A stretch of 64,000 nt of DNA from the human T2T-CHM13v2.0 reference genome, Homo sapiens, in assembly GCF_009914755.1 (NCBI RefSeq), contig NC_060925.1; one strand, given 5' to 3'. Shown piece by piece: positions 13,190 through 26,100 of the stretch. The position numbers and the translations under genes were made by a program. Under the pieces are notes generated by a model, which saw nothing but the letters and a program-made list of their open reading frames with translations, did no database searches and had not been told where the DNA came from. Position 1 is the first letter of the stretch. The number at the start of each line of letters is the position of its first letter.

Positions 13190-14280
13190 CTTGATTATAT
13201 AAGCAATGCATTCTCAGTGTAGTGAATACAAAACAAAAAGTTATAACAGAGATAAACGTTGTTAATATTTTAATGTATTATATTGGTCTTGAAAAATTTA
13301 CACACACACATTTATGTATATATATTGTTTTCCAACCTGCTTTTTATAATATTATACTTTAGCTGCATAGAATTGTATTGAGATTTTAACCATTCCTCTA
13401 TGGTAGGTTATTTATAATATTTTATATATTTAGTTATAATTATAAATAAAACTCCAATGAGCATCTTTGAACATTTATCACTGCATTCCTGCTTATTACC
13501 ATAAGATAGATTTCCAGAAGAGGAATTACTGTGACTAAGGGAATGAACATTATTGTTAAGTATCTTCCATATATTAAACCACTGCTTTGCAGAAAGTTGG
13601 TTTGAATGTTTACTTCCTTCATCAGTGTACATGAATGCTCATATCCCCACAGCTGTCTAGCATGGATTATTATCATTTTTAGGAAATGGGGTCAAGGAGT
13701 CAGCATTTATAAAGGTTTTCCGAGACTGAGGCCAGGAATACTCTACCACTAAAAGTTGTCTGTCCCTGGGAGTAATACATCATGTAACCAGGTCTCAAAC
13801 TGTCTGAAGACCATTAGAAAATAATAAGTTGGAAATTCCTCCCAGATGCTCCAGATGAGCCAGAGATCTCTTCTCTTCAATGGCATTTATATTTTTAGTC
13901 CAATTTGTCTCTAGCTGATGCAGCTTGTCTAGACTCTGCACTGCAGTTAATCTCAAACTCAGCGTGAACTTAACAAATGTTTGGCAGTAGGTATAGTGGC
14001 GGTGTTATCTATCTTTTACAGGTAATTAAAGAGGTCATGTTTACTGATCAGCCCAGGTATTTCCTGTTTCTTACCTTTATATTGTCATCTGCAAGTTGAG
14101 ATTTGACCAGATTCCAGTACTTGCTGAACTCTCACAGCTGGAAAAATTGGTATCTTGTTTTAATTTGCACTTATTATTATTAAAATTAAGCTTAAACATA
14201 ATGAGTGAATTTAATTAATAGCTATGTGTGTTTACTCTTCTTGGAGTTGCCTATTAACAACTTTTTCCTATTTTTCTTCC
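13190..14280 (-). mobile_element. old L1M (L1ME/MC) 3' fragment, interrupted at ~13681-14122
   Basis: atagatttccagaagaggaattactgtgactaagggaatg and ggaaaaattggtatcttgttttaatttgcac are antisense L1M ORF2-end/3'UTR motifs. Confidence 0.7.
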
Positions 14281-14299
14281 TGGGGAAAGGGGAAAATTA

Positions 14300-14515
14300 A
14301 GTATAACTCTCACTTGGTATATAATTAGTCAAGTCCTGCAGATTTTGCTTTTTTATTACTCTCAGATTTGTCTCTACTTCTCCTTCTCCACTGTAACTTG
14401 CTCCATCATCTGTCTCAGACTGCAGACTGCTTGCAAGACTGTTGCCCATGGCTCCAAGAGTCATTGTTCTAAAATACTTTTTAAAAAAGAAAATACTAAT
14501 CATGTCATTCTGATC
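14300..14515 (+). mobile_element. L2 internal fragment
   Basis: caagtcctgcagattttgc...ctctcagatttgtctctacttctccttctccactg. Confidence 0.6.
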
Positions 14516-14589
14516 TGGTTTCTATTTTCCCCTAGGCCCATCCATGAGTTTTATGCTACAAAATTTTTAAACCCTGTTCAGTTCTGCAA

Positions 14590-15315
14590 TGGCCAAGTTT
14601 CTCTTCTGCTCTGCACCTTTCTTTCTTTTTAAAGTATACAGAACCAAACATGATACTACAGTGAATATTACCGAAAAAAAAAACAAAATGAAATATTCAT
14701 CTACTTCCCACTTCTATTTGATTATTTATTCCTACTGATTCACACTGATTTATATTGACCTTTTAATAAACTAAACCCTTACCTATTTTTTACAGAAGTT
14801 ACTGTGATTTTTTTTTTATCCTTTACTTGTATGATTGGCTTTAGGGTCCATTTGCAGAGTATTTGATTCACTACTGTTAAATTTCCCCTTAAAAAACACG
14901 GACTGAAAAAAGCAAAAGGACTTGGTACTATATAAAGTAATCAAGAACTAATAGCCAACTAAGACCAAAAGTGTGCTATATTATGATACAAACTATAAAT
15001 AGGAATGCTATCTCCTAAAACAAAGTTGGTCCATGGACCATGTGTAACTTGACCACAATAAGATAAATAAAGACATTGAGAGCAAGTATTTAGAGTCTTT
15101 TGTGATAATTTGGCATTCATATGACATCTAATTCAATATATAATTTTGTGTTACTTAAACCTAATAATAAAAAGTTGTGATTTGTAAAAACTATATATAC
15201 AACCTGCTGTGATTTATTTTCGGATCTTGGATTTGACATCATTTTAATATGTGTGTCAGTTACAAACTTGGTGAGGATGCCCTCTAAATACTCACCAACT
15301 TCATTAATGAACAAA
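14590..15315 (-). mobile_element. CR1/L3 LINE remnant (left part; continues after the L1 at ~28690)
   Basis: aactaaaaccct...atcctttacttgtatgattgg...ctgttaaatttc and tgtgtcagttacaaacttggtgaggatgccctcta...ttcattaatgaa follow the antisense CR1 RT region. Confidence 0.55.
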
Positions 15316-15933
15316 AGAGAAAGAGGGGACCAAGATGTCTGACTAGAAGCCGCTAGTATGTGCCGCTGTCGTGGAGAGGAGAAAGAGTTGTGAGTAAACA
15401 TCAACTCTTCAACTGGATCTTCCAACTTGACACATTGGGATTCACCAAGGTAGCAATGTGACCCATGGAAAACAGAGTAGAATGAGACAGGACAACCACC
15501 TACCCAGGACTGGTGTGGGTCAGGAGTCTTCCCACTGCAGGGAAATGATGAGTGACTGAAAGCCCCCAGGAACCCATACTCTGGCACTCTGCCAAGAACC
15601 TTTGCAACCCTGGCCTCAGGAGATCCCCTGTAGTACTCTGGTTGCTTCCAGACTGACGAAGAGAGCTACAAAAAGTCTGGGCAGAGCTACTGTCAGGCAC
15701 ACACTGAATCTGGGGGTCCTTGGACCCCTGGGCATCCTGGCACCAACGGCTGCAGCTCCGGCAATAGATGAGGCCAGGGTCTTTCACACACCCCCAGGAT
15801 AGAGGCTGAATCCACGGGGCTGAGGAGCAGATGGACTACAGGCAGGCCTCACCTACACTGCACCTCACCAGACAAGGCCCACTGGCCTGGGACCCTAGCC
15901 TGGTCATCCCAGGCCTTCCTGAGCTCTCCACCA

Positions 15934-17460
15934 TAGCAGCCCTGTATTTCCTTGGGATGGAGCTCCCAGAGGGAGGAGACAGGCTTGCCAGTTTTGCTGC
16001 TTTGCAGCTCCCACCCCTATTGCTCTCAGGCTCGGGAGGGAGCAAAACGATTAATGACTAACATGGGTCCCCAGCACAGAGCAGCTGCCTTACGAGAAAG
16101 CAGCCAGACTGTTTTCCACGCAGGTTCACGTCCCCGCCACTTCTCTCTAAACAAGGCCTCCCAGCCCGACAGCCCAGCCACCCACTGCTACCTGGGCTAT
16201 CTGGCCGGCAGCAGCTCTGCACTTCCCTGGGACTGAGCTCCCAGTGGTGGCAGGTAGGACTGCCATTTTTGCTACTCTGCAGCTTTGCCCCCTACTGCCC
16301 TGAGTCTTGGGAGGGAGAAAAGTGATTAAGAACTAAAGTGGGCCCTCAGCAAGCATAGCTACCTTACAGAAAGGCAGCCAGACAGTATTCCATGTATATC
16401 CCTGCCCCTGTTAACTTCACTGGGCAGGGCCTCTTGTCCTGGGCCCCCAGCACAACCATCGTGCCACTACCTAAACACTTCAGTTGGTAGAGGCTCTGCA
16501 TTTCTCTGCAAAGGAAATGCCAGAGAAAACCTACAGCCACTCTCCCATTGCAGTTGCATGGAACCACTCTTACTGCCCATATGCTGGAAAAGGAACAAAT
16601 GGCCTGGTTGTGTCACCGGCACCTCCAACACACCACAGCAACAATACAGAGAGGAGGCCAGTCTCTCTTCCCTGTGAGACTCCATCCCCTTACTCTTCAC
16701 CAGGTAGGGCTCCTGGCTCAGGACCACAGAACAGCTGCCCCACCCCCATCTGAGTATTCCCACTGGTAGTAGCTCCGTGCTTCCCTGGGGTGGAGTTTCC
16801 AGAGGCAACCAACAAACCCTCTACCACCGCCACTTCAGCAGTTCTTCCCTTGCTATCCTTGAACTGGAGTAGGAAGAAAAGAGCCTGAGGGTTCCACTCA
16901 GGCCTCCAGCACACCACAGTTGCATATGGAAAGGAGTCCAGTCTCTCCTCCCTGTGAGCCTTTGACTCCCTGCTCTTCACCAAGGAGGGCCCCTGGCTCA
17001 GGCCTGCAGAGCAACCACCACACCCCCTGGTGGAACTTTCTCCCTGGTAGCAGCTCTGCATTTCTCTGGGGTGGAGCTCCCAAAGGCAACTGAAAGCCCC
17101 TTGTCATTGCCACTGCACTGAGACTGCCCTTGCTGCCCCCGGACTGGGTAAGGAACAAAGACCCTGAGTGCTTTACTCAGAACACCATCACACTGAAGTC
17201 ACCCTAAGTAGAAGAGGCCAGCCTTTTTTCCCTGTGAGCCCCCGACTACCCTACTTATCACCAAGCAGGCCATCTCAGCTTGAGCCCACAATGCAGTCAC
17301 CCCAGCCCAGGCTGATCATTCTGATTGGTAGTGGCTCTGTGTTTCTATGGGGTGGAGCCCCAATAAACAAGTGAAAGGCCCTCTGCCATTGCCACTGCCA
17401 AGGTCATGGCCCCTGCAGCCCCCAAAGTGGAGAGGAAACAAAAAGCCTGAGTTCCCCCCA
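15934..17460 (+). repeat. six diverged ~280-bp monomers in the L1 5'UTR
   Basis: Core (t/c)agcagctctgca(c/t)ttc(c/t)ctggg..gagctccca recurs at 15934, 16209, 16488, 16767, 17048 and 17329. Confidence 0.85.
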
Positions 17461-17831
17461 GGGGTGTTGTGTGTAGACCAGGAGTGCCAAGCTGAGATCT
17501 GTAGTAAGAACTCCAGTGGGAGAGGAGCCCACACCATCAGACAACTGAGAGGAAGCATGACTGCAATTGTGAGGAAATACTGAAGAACCACATGGCTGAA
17601 CAAGAGTCTACTTACTGGCCATTACACCTAAGAAGCATCTACTGAATCACAGCCCAAATATCAATACCAAAACTACTTTGCTAATATACCTCCCGAGTGA
17701 AACCAAGGGTAATAATTCAGCTACAAATAGAGACCCTGCACAAAGCCTCAGCCTTCTGAAAACATCCAGAAATGAAATCAACTGACTATACTCAAAACAC
17801 ACCACAGTTAAAGGAACATCAGCCCACATAG

Positions 17832-18840
17832 ATGAGAAAGAATCAGCAAAATCTCTGGCAACTCAGAAAACCAGAATGTCTTCTTTTTTCCAAATAACTG
17901 AACTGGTTCCCCAACAATGGTTCTTAACCAGGCTGAAATGGCTGGAATGACAAACATAGAATTCAAAATATGAAAAGGAATGAAGGTCATTGAGAGTCTG
18001 AAGAAAGTTGAAACCCAATTCAAGGAATCTAAGTACTAAAATAAAATGATATAGGAGCTGAAAGATGAAATAGCCACTTCAAGAAAAATCCAAGCTCATC
18101 TGATATAGTTGAAAAACTCAGTGTAAGAATTTCATAGTGCAATGACAAGTATTAAGAGCAAAATTGACCAAGCTGAGGAAAGAATCTCAGAGCTTAAAGA
18201 CTGGTTTGCCAAACTAAATCAGTCAGACAAAAAATAAAATAAAAGAATAAACAAAACCTCTGAGAAATATGGGATTATATAAAGAGCCCAAATCTAAGAC
18301 TCACTGGTATCCTTGGAAGACAGGGAGAGAAAATGAGCAACTTGTAAAACATATCTGAGGATATCATTTATGAAAATTTCCCCAACCTTTTTCCAGAGGC
18401 CAACATTCAAACCCAGGAAATGAAGCGAACCCCTGCAAGATACTGTACAAGATGACCATCCCCAAGACGCATAGTCATCAGATTCTCCAAGGTTATCATG
18501 AAAGAAAAATGTTAAAGACAGCTAGAGAGAAGGGGCAGGTCACCTACAAAGGAAACCCCACCAGGCAACAGCAGACGTTTCAGCAGAAACGGTACAATAC
18601 AGAAGAGTTTGCAGGCCTATTTCAGTATTCATAAATAAAATACCAACAAAGCATTTTATATCCACCCAAACTAAGCTTAATAAGTGAAGGAGAAATAAGA
18701 TCCTTTTCAGACAAACAAGTACTAAGGAAACTCATTACCACCAGACCTGCTTTACGAGAGGTTCTTAATGGAGTGTTGAATATGGAAATGAAAGATTGTT
18801 ACTGGCCACCAAAAAAAAAAAAATAATAATTAGGCGCATA
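17832..18840 (+). pseudogene. L1 ORF1p pseudogene (outer element)
   Basis: ATGAGAAAGAATCAG start; fragment KMLKTAREKGQVTYKGNP; multiple stops and frameshifts. Confidence 0.85.
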
Positions 18841-18902
18841 AACTATTGACACTATAAAGTAACCATACAATCAAGTCTGCATAATAACCAGTTAACAACA
18901 CA

Positions 18903-21090
18903 ATGACAGGATCAATATTAACTGTGAATGTAAACAGGCTAAACGCCCCAATTAAAAGAAACAAAGTGGAAAGCTGGTTTGAGAAATAGGAGCCAACTCT
19001 ATGCTGTCTTCAAGTGACCCATCTCACGTGCAATGACACCCAGAGTCTCAAAATAAAGAAATGTAGAAAACTCTACCAGGCAGACAGAAAACAAAAAAAA
19101 CAGGGGTTGCTATTCTAATTTTAGGTAAAACAGACATTAAACCAGCAATGATCAAAAAAGACAAAGAAAGGCATTACATAATAGTAAAGGGTTCAATTCA
19201 ACAAGATTTAACTATCCTAAATATATATGCACCCAGGAGAATAGGAGCAACCAGATTTATAAAACAAGATTTTAGAGACCAACAAAGAGACTTAGATAAC
19301 CATACAATTATAGTGGGAGACTTCAACACCCCAGTGACAGTGTTAGACAAATGATTAAAGCTGAAAACTAACAAAGATGTTCAGGAACTGAACTCAATAC
19401 TTGACCAAATGGACCTAACAAATATCCACAGAACTCTATGGCCCAAAACAGCAGAATATACATTATTCTCATTGCTACGTGGTGCATTTTCTAAAATTGA
19501 ACACACAATCAACCATAAAACAATTCAAAATCAAAACCATATTGACCACACTCTCTCCTGGATAACAGCACAATAAAAATAGAAATAAATATCAAGATCG
19601 TTTATAACCATACAAGTGCATGGAAATTGAACAACCTACTCCTGAATGACTTTGGGGTAAACAATGAAATTGAGTCACTAATCAAGAAATTCATTGAAAC
19701 TAATGAAAACAAAGATACAACATACCAGACTCTGGGATACAGCCGAGGCAGTGTTAAGAAGAAAGTTGATAGTGCTAAATGCCCACATCAAAAAGTTAGA
19801 AAGATTTCAAATTAACAACCTAACATCACCTAGAGGAACTAGAAAACAAGAGCAAACTAACCCCAAAGCTAGTAAAAGACAAGAAATAACCAAAATCTGG
19901 CCTGAATTTAAAGAAATCGAGACCACAAAACCCATAGAAAAGATCAACGAAACTAGAAGTTGGTTATTTGAAAAAATAAATAAGATACATGTACTACTAG
20001 CTAGACTAACAAAAGAAGACAGAAGATCCAAACACAATCAGAAATGACAAAGGGGACATTAACACTGACCTCACAGAAATACACACACACACACAAATCA
20101 TCAGAGACTATTATGAACACCTCTATGCATACAAACTAGAAAACACAGAAGAAATGGATACATTTTTGGAAAAATACACCCTGTTAGAACTGAACTAGGA
20201 ATAAATTCAAACTCTTAGCAGACCAATAACAAGTTCTCAGTTTTAATCAGTAATAAAAACACTACCAACCAGAAAATTTGAGATGAATTCTACCAGATCT
20301 ATAAAGAAGAACTGATACCATTTCTACTGAAACTATTCCAAAAAATTGAAGAGGAGGGACTCTTCCCTAATTCATTCTATGAGGCCAGCATCATCCTGAT
20401 ACCAAAACCTGTAAAAGACACAACAACAATGAAAACTTTAGGCCAATATTGTTGATTAACATGGATGCAAAAATCCTTGACAATATACTAGCAAACAAAA
20501 TCCAGTAGCACATCAAAAAGCTAATGCATCACAATCAAGTAGGCTTTATCTCTGGGATGCAAGGTTGGTTCAACATATGCAAATCAATAAGTGTGATTAA
20601 TCTCATAAGCAAAAACAAAAACCACATTATTATCTCAATAGATATATAAAAGGCTTTTGATAAAATTCAGTATCACCTCATATTAAAAACCGTTACAAAC
20701 TAAGCATTGAAGAAACATATCTCAAAATAATAAAACCTATCTATGACAAACCCCCAGCCAACATCAAATTGAATGGGTAGAAGCTGGAAGCATTCCCCTT
20801 GAGAACCAGAACAAGACAAAGAAGCCCACTCTCACCACTCCTATTCAACATAGTACTAGAAGTCTTAGCCAGAGCAATCACTCAAGAGAAATAAATAAAA
20901 GGCACTCAAAGAGAACGAGAAGAAGTCACACTGTCTGCATTTGCAGACAATGTAATTTTTTACCTAGAAAACCGTACAGTATCTGCCCCAAAGCTCCTTG
21001 ATCTGATAAACAACTTCAGCAAGGTTTGTGCTACAAAATCAATGTGCACAAATCAGTAGCATTTCTATACACCAACCGTGCCCAAACTGA
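18903..21090 (+). pseudogene. L1 ORF2p pseudogene, EN/RT part (outer element)
   Basis: Fragments [18 protein letters not shown] and WLFEKINK; catalytic FADD reads FADN (20940-20951); many stops. Confidence 0.9.
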
Positions 21091-22104
21091 GGGTGCGTAC
21101 ACCGCCAGGGCCCTGGGTTTCAAGCACAAAAGTGGGTGACCATTTGGGCAGACATAGAGATAGCTGAAGGAGTTTTTTTTAATACCGCAGTGGCACTGGA
21201 ACACCAGCAAGACAGAAACATTCACTCCCCTGGAAAGGGGGCTGACACCAAGGAGACAAGTGGTCTAGCTCAGCAGATCCCACACCCAAGGAGCCCAGCA
21301 AGCTAAGATCCACTGGCTTGAAATTCTCGCTGCCAGCACGGTAGTCTGAAGTCAACCTGGGACACTTGAGCTTGGGGGAGGAGGGGCATCCACCATTACT
21401 GAGGCTTGAGTAGGTGGTTTTCCCTTCACAATGTAAATAAAGCCACCAAGAAGTTCAAACTGCGTGGAGCCTACCACAGCTTGGCAAAGCCACTGTAGCC
21501 AGACTGCCTCTCTAGATATCTCCTCTCTGAGCAGGACATCTTTGAAAGAAACGCAGCAGCTTCAGTCAGTCAGGGGCTTATAGATAAAACTCCCATCTCC
21601 CTGGGACAGAGAACGTGGGGGAAGGAGCAGCTGTGCGTGCAGTTTCAGCTGACTTAAACACTCCTGCCTGCTGGCTCTGAAGAGAGCAGCAGATCTTCCA
21701 GCACAGCACTCGAGCTCTGCTAAGGGATAGGCTGCCTCCTCAAGTGGGTCACTGATCCCCATGCCTCCTGACTGGGAGACACCTCACAGCAGTGGTCAAC
21801 ACATACCTCATACAGGAGAGCTCTGGCTGGCATCTGGCAGGTGCCCCTCTCGGATGAAGCTTCCAGAAGAAGGAACAGGGAGCAATCTTTGCTGTTCTGC
21901 AGCCTCCACTGGTGAAACCCAGGCAAACAGGGTCTGGAGGGGACCTCCAACCATCTCCAGCAGACCTGCAGCAAAGAGGCCTGTTAGAAGGAAAACTAAC
22001 AAACAGAAAGGAATAGCATCCACATCAACAAAAAGAGCATCCACACAAAAACCCCATCTGAAGGTCACCAACATCAAAGACCAAAGGTAGGTAAATCCAT
22101 GAAG

Positions 22105-23090
22105 GTGAGGAAAAAACAGCACAAAAAGGCTGAAAATTCCAAACACCAGAATACCTTTTCTCCTCCAAAGGATCACAATTCCTCACCAGCAAGGGAACAA
22201 AACTGGAAGAAGAATGAGTTTGATGAATTGACAGAAGTAGGCTTCAGAAGGTGGGTAATAAACCCTCTGACCTAAAACAGCATGTTCTAACTAGAATAAT
22301 TGCTAACTAGAATAATCGGTGTAGAGAAGAACATAAATGATCCAATGGAGCTGAAAAACAAGCATGAGAACTTCATGAAGCACACACAAGTATCAATAGC
22401 CAAACCAATCAAGCAGAAGTAAGGATATCAGAGTTTGAAGATCACCCTAATGAAATAAAATGTGAAGACAATATTAGAGAAAAAGATTGAAAAGGAACAA
22501 ACAAAGCCTCTAGGAAATATGAGACTATGTGAAAAGACCAAATCTGCATTTGATTGGTGTATCAGAAAGTGATGGGGAGAATGGAACCAAGTTAGAAAAC
22601 ACTCTTCAGGATATTATCCAGGAGAACTTCTCCAACCTAGCAAGAGAGGCCAACATTCAAATTCAGGAAATACAGAGACCACCACAAAGATAATCCTCGA
22701 GAAGAGCAATCCCAAGACACATAATTGTCAGATTCACCAAGGTTGAAGTGAAGGAAAAAATGTCAAGGGCAGCCAGAAAGAAAGGTCAGGTTACCCACAA
22801 AAGGAAGCCCATCAGACCAACAGCAGATCTCTCTGCAGAAACCCTAGAAGCCAGAAGAGAGTGGGGATCAATAGTCAACATTCTTAATGAGAAGAATTTT
22901 CAATCCAGAATTTCATATCCAGTCAAACTAAGCTTCATAAGTGAAGGAGAAATAAAATCCTTTAAAGACAAGCAAATGCTGAGAGGTTTTGCCACCACTA
23001 GGCCTGCCTTACGAAAGTTCCTGAAGGAAGCACTAAATATGGAAAGGAAAAACTGGTTCCAGCCACTGCAAAAACATACCACTGTAAAGA
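22105..23090 (+). pseudogene. L1 ORF1p pseudogene (inner element)
   Basis: Start codon reads GTG; fragment MKEKMSRAARKKGQVTHKRKPIR...SFISEGEIKSF; internal deletion and stops. Confidence 0.9.
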
Positions 23091-23153
23091 CCATTGACAC
23101 TATAAAGAAACTGCATCAACTAACGGGTAAAATAACCAGCTAGCATCATAAAG

Positions 23154-26100
23154 ATGGGATCAAATTCACACATAACAATATTAACCTCAAATGTAAATGA
23201 GCTAAATGCTCCAATTAAAAGACACAGACTGGCAAACTGGATAAAGAATCAAGACCCATCAATGTGCTATATTCAGGAGACCCATCTCACATGCAAAGAC
23301 ACACATAGACTCAAAATAAAGGGATGGAGGAATATTTGTCAAGCAAATTGAAAGAAAAAAAAGAAAAAGAAAAAGAAAGGAGGGGTTGCAAGCCTAGTCT
23401 CTGATAAAACAGACTTTAAACCAACAAAGATCGAAAAAGACAAAGAAGGGCATCACATAATGGTAAAGGGATCAACACAACAAGAAGAGCTAACTATCCT
23501 AAATATATATGCACCCAATACAGGAGCACCCAGATTCATGAAACAAGTTCTTAGAGACCTACAAAGAGACTTATACTCCCACACAATAATAGTGGGAGAC
23601 TTTAACACTCCACTGTCAATATTAGACAGATCAATGAGACAGAAAATTAACAAGGATATTCAGGACTTGAACTCAGCTCTGGACCAAGCAGACATAATAG
23701 ACATCTACAGAACTCTCCACCCCAAATCAACAGAATATACATTCTTCTCAGCACCACATCACACTTATTCTAAAATTGACCACATAATTGGAAGTAAAAC
23801 ACTCCTCAGCAAATGCAAAAGAATGGAAATCATAACAAACAGACTCTCAGACCACAGTGCAATCAAATTAGAACTCAGGATTAAGAAACTCACTCAAAAC
23901 TGCACAACTACATGCAAACTGAACAACCTGCTCCTGAATAACTACTGGGTAAATAACAAAAATAAGGTAGAAATAAATAAGTTCTTTGAAACCAATGAGA
24001 ACAAAGACACAACGTATCAGAATCTCTGCGACACAGCTAAAGCAGTGTTTAGAGGGAAATTTATAGCACTAAATGCCCACAGGAGAAAGTGGGAAAGATC
24101 TGAAATCGACACTCTAACATCACAATTAAAAGAACTAGAGAAGCAAGAGCAAAAATTCAAAACCTAGCAGAGGACAAGAAATAACTAAGATCAGAACAGA
24201 ACTGAAGGAGATAGAGACATGAAAAACCCTTCGAAAAATCACTGAATCCAGATTTTTTTTAAAAGATTAATAAAATAGACCACTAGCCAAACTAATAATG
24301 AAGCAAAAGAGAAGAATCAAATGGACACAATACAAAATGATAAAGGGGATATCACCACTGATAGCACAGAAATACAAACTACCATCAGAGAATACTATAA
24401 ACACCTCTACGCAAATAAACTAGAAAACCTAGGAGAAATGGATAAATTCCTGGACATATATACCCTCCTAAGAATAAATCAGGAAAAAGTTGAATATCGG
24501 AATAGACCAATAACAAGTTCTGAATTTGAGGCAGTAATTAATAGCCTACCAACCAACAAAAGCCCTGGACCAGAGAGATTCACAGCTGAATTCTACCAGA
24601 GGTACAAAGGGGAGCTGTTACCATTCCTCTGAAACTATTCCAAAGAAAAGAAAAAGAAGGACTCCTCCCTAATTCATTTTAGGAGGCCAGAGTCATACTG
24701 ATACCCAAACCTGGCAGAGCCACAACAAAAAAAGAAAATTTAAGGCCAGTATTCCTGATGAACATTGATGCAAAAATCCTCAATAAAATACTGGCAAACC
24801 GAATCCTGCAGCACATCAAAGAGCTTATTCTCCATCATCAATTTGTCTTCATCCCTGCGATGCAAGCCTGGTTTAACTTACACAAATCAATAAATGCAAT
24901 CCATAACATAAACAGAACTAATGACAAAAACCATATGAGTGTCTCAAAAGATGCAGAAAAGGCCTTCAAGAAAATTAAACACTGCTTCATGCTAAAAACT
25001 CTTAATAAAATATGTATTGATAGAACATATCTAAAAATAATAAGAGCTATTTATGACAAACCCACACCCAATATCATACTGAATGGACAAAAGCTGGAAG
25101 ATTTCCCTTTGAAAACCGGCAGAAGACAAGGATACCCTCTCTCACCACTCCTATTCGACATAGTGTTGGAAGTTCTGGCCAGGCCAGTCAGGCAAGCGAA
25201 AGAAATAAAGGTATTCAAATAGGAAGAGAGGAAGTCAAATTGTCTCTGTTTGCAGATAACATGACTGTATATTTAAAAAACCCCATCATCTCAGCCCAAA
25301 ATCTCCTTAAGCTAATAAGCAACTTCAGCAAAGTCTCAGGTTACAAAATCAATGTGCAGAAATCACTAGCATTCCTATACACCAATAATAGATAAACAGA
25401 GATCCAAATCATGAGTGAACCCCCATTCACAATTGCTACAAACAGAATAAAATACCTAGGAATACAACTTACAAGGGATGTGAAGGACCTCTTCAAGGAG
25501 AACTACAAACCACTGCTCAAGGAAATAAGAGAGGACACAAATAAATGGAAAAACATTCCATGCTCCTGGATAGGAAGAATGAATATTGTGAAAATGGCCA
25601 TACTGCCCAAAGTAATTTATAGAGTCAATGCTACCCCCATCAAGCTACCACTGACTTTCTTCACAGAATTAGAAAACACTACTTTAAATGTCATATGAAA
25701 CCAAAAAAGAGCCTGCATAGCCAAGACAATCCTAAGCAAAAAGAACAAAACTGGAGACATCACACTACCTGATTTCAAACTATACTATAAGGCTAAAGTA
25801 ACCAAAACAGCATGGTACTGGTACCAACACAGATATATACACCAATGGAACAGAACAGAGGCCTCAGAAACAATGCCATACATCTACAACCATCTGGTCT
25901 TTGACAAACCTGACAAAAACAACCAATGGGGAAGGATTCCCTATTTAATAAATGATTTTGTGAATACTGGCTAGCCATATGCAGAAAACTGAAACTAGAC
26001 CCCTTCCTTACACCTTATACAAAAATTAACTCAACGTGGATTAAAGACTTAAATGTAAGACCTAAAACCACAAAAACCCTAGAAGAAAACCTAGGCAATA

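Larger units (their letters stand above)
15323..21090 (+). mobile_element. L1PA15-like LINE-1, 5' part (5'UTR, ORF1, N-terminal ORF2)
   Basis: Starts gaggggaccaagatgtctgactagaagc; ~2.5-kb GC-richer 5'UTR with monomers; degenerate ORF1 and EN/RT ORF2 fragments ([10 protein letters not shown]). Confidence 0.92.

Noticed and set aside
15934-17460. Regularly spaced repeats as a CRISPR-like array
   Set aside because: The whole ~280-bp units are homologous, so there are no unique spacers. They sit in an L1 5'UTR in primate DNA with no cas genes.
21562-22176. Antisense ORFs in the L1PA7 5'UTR as possible ORF0
   Set aside because: The translations do not resemble L1 ORF0, and the 5' portion of this UTR is missing.
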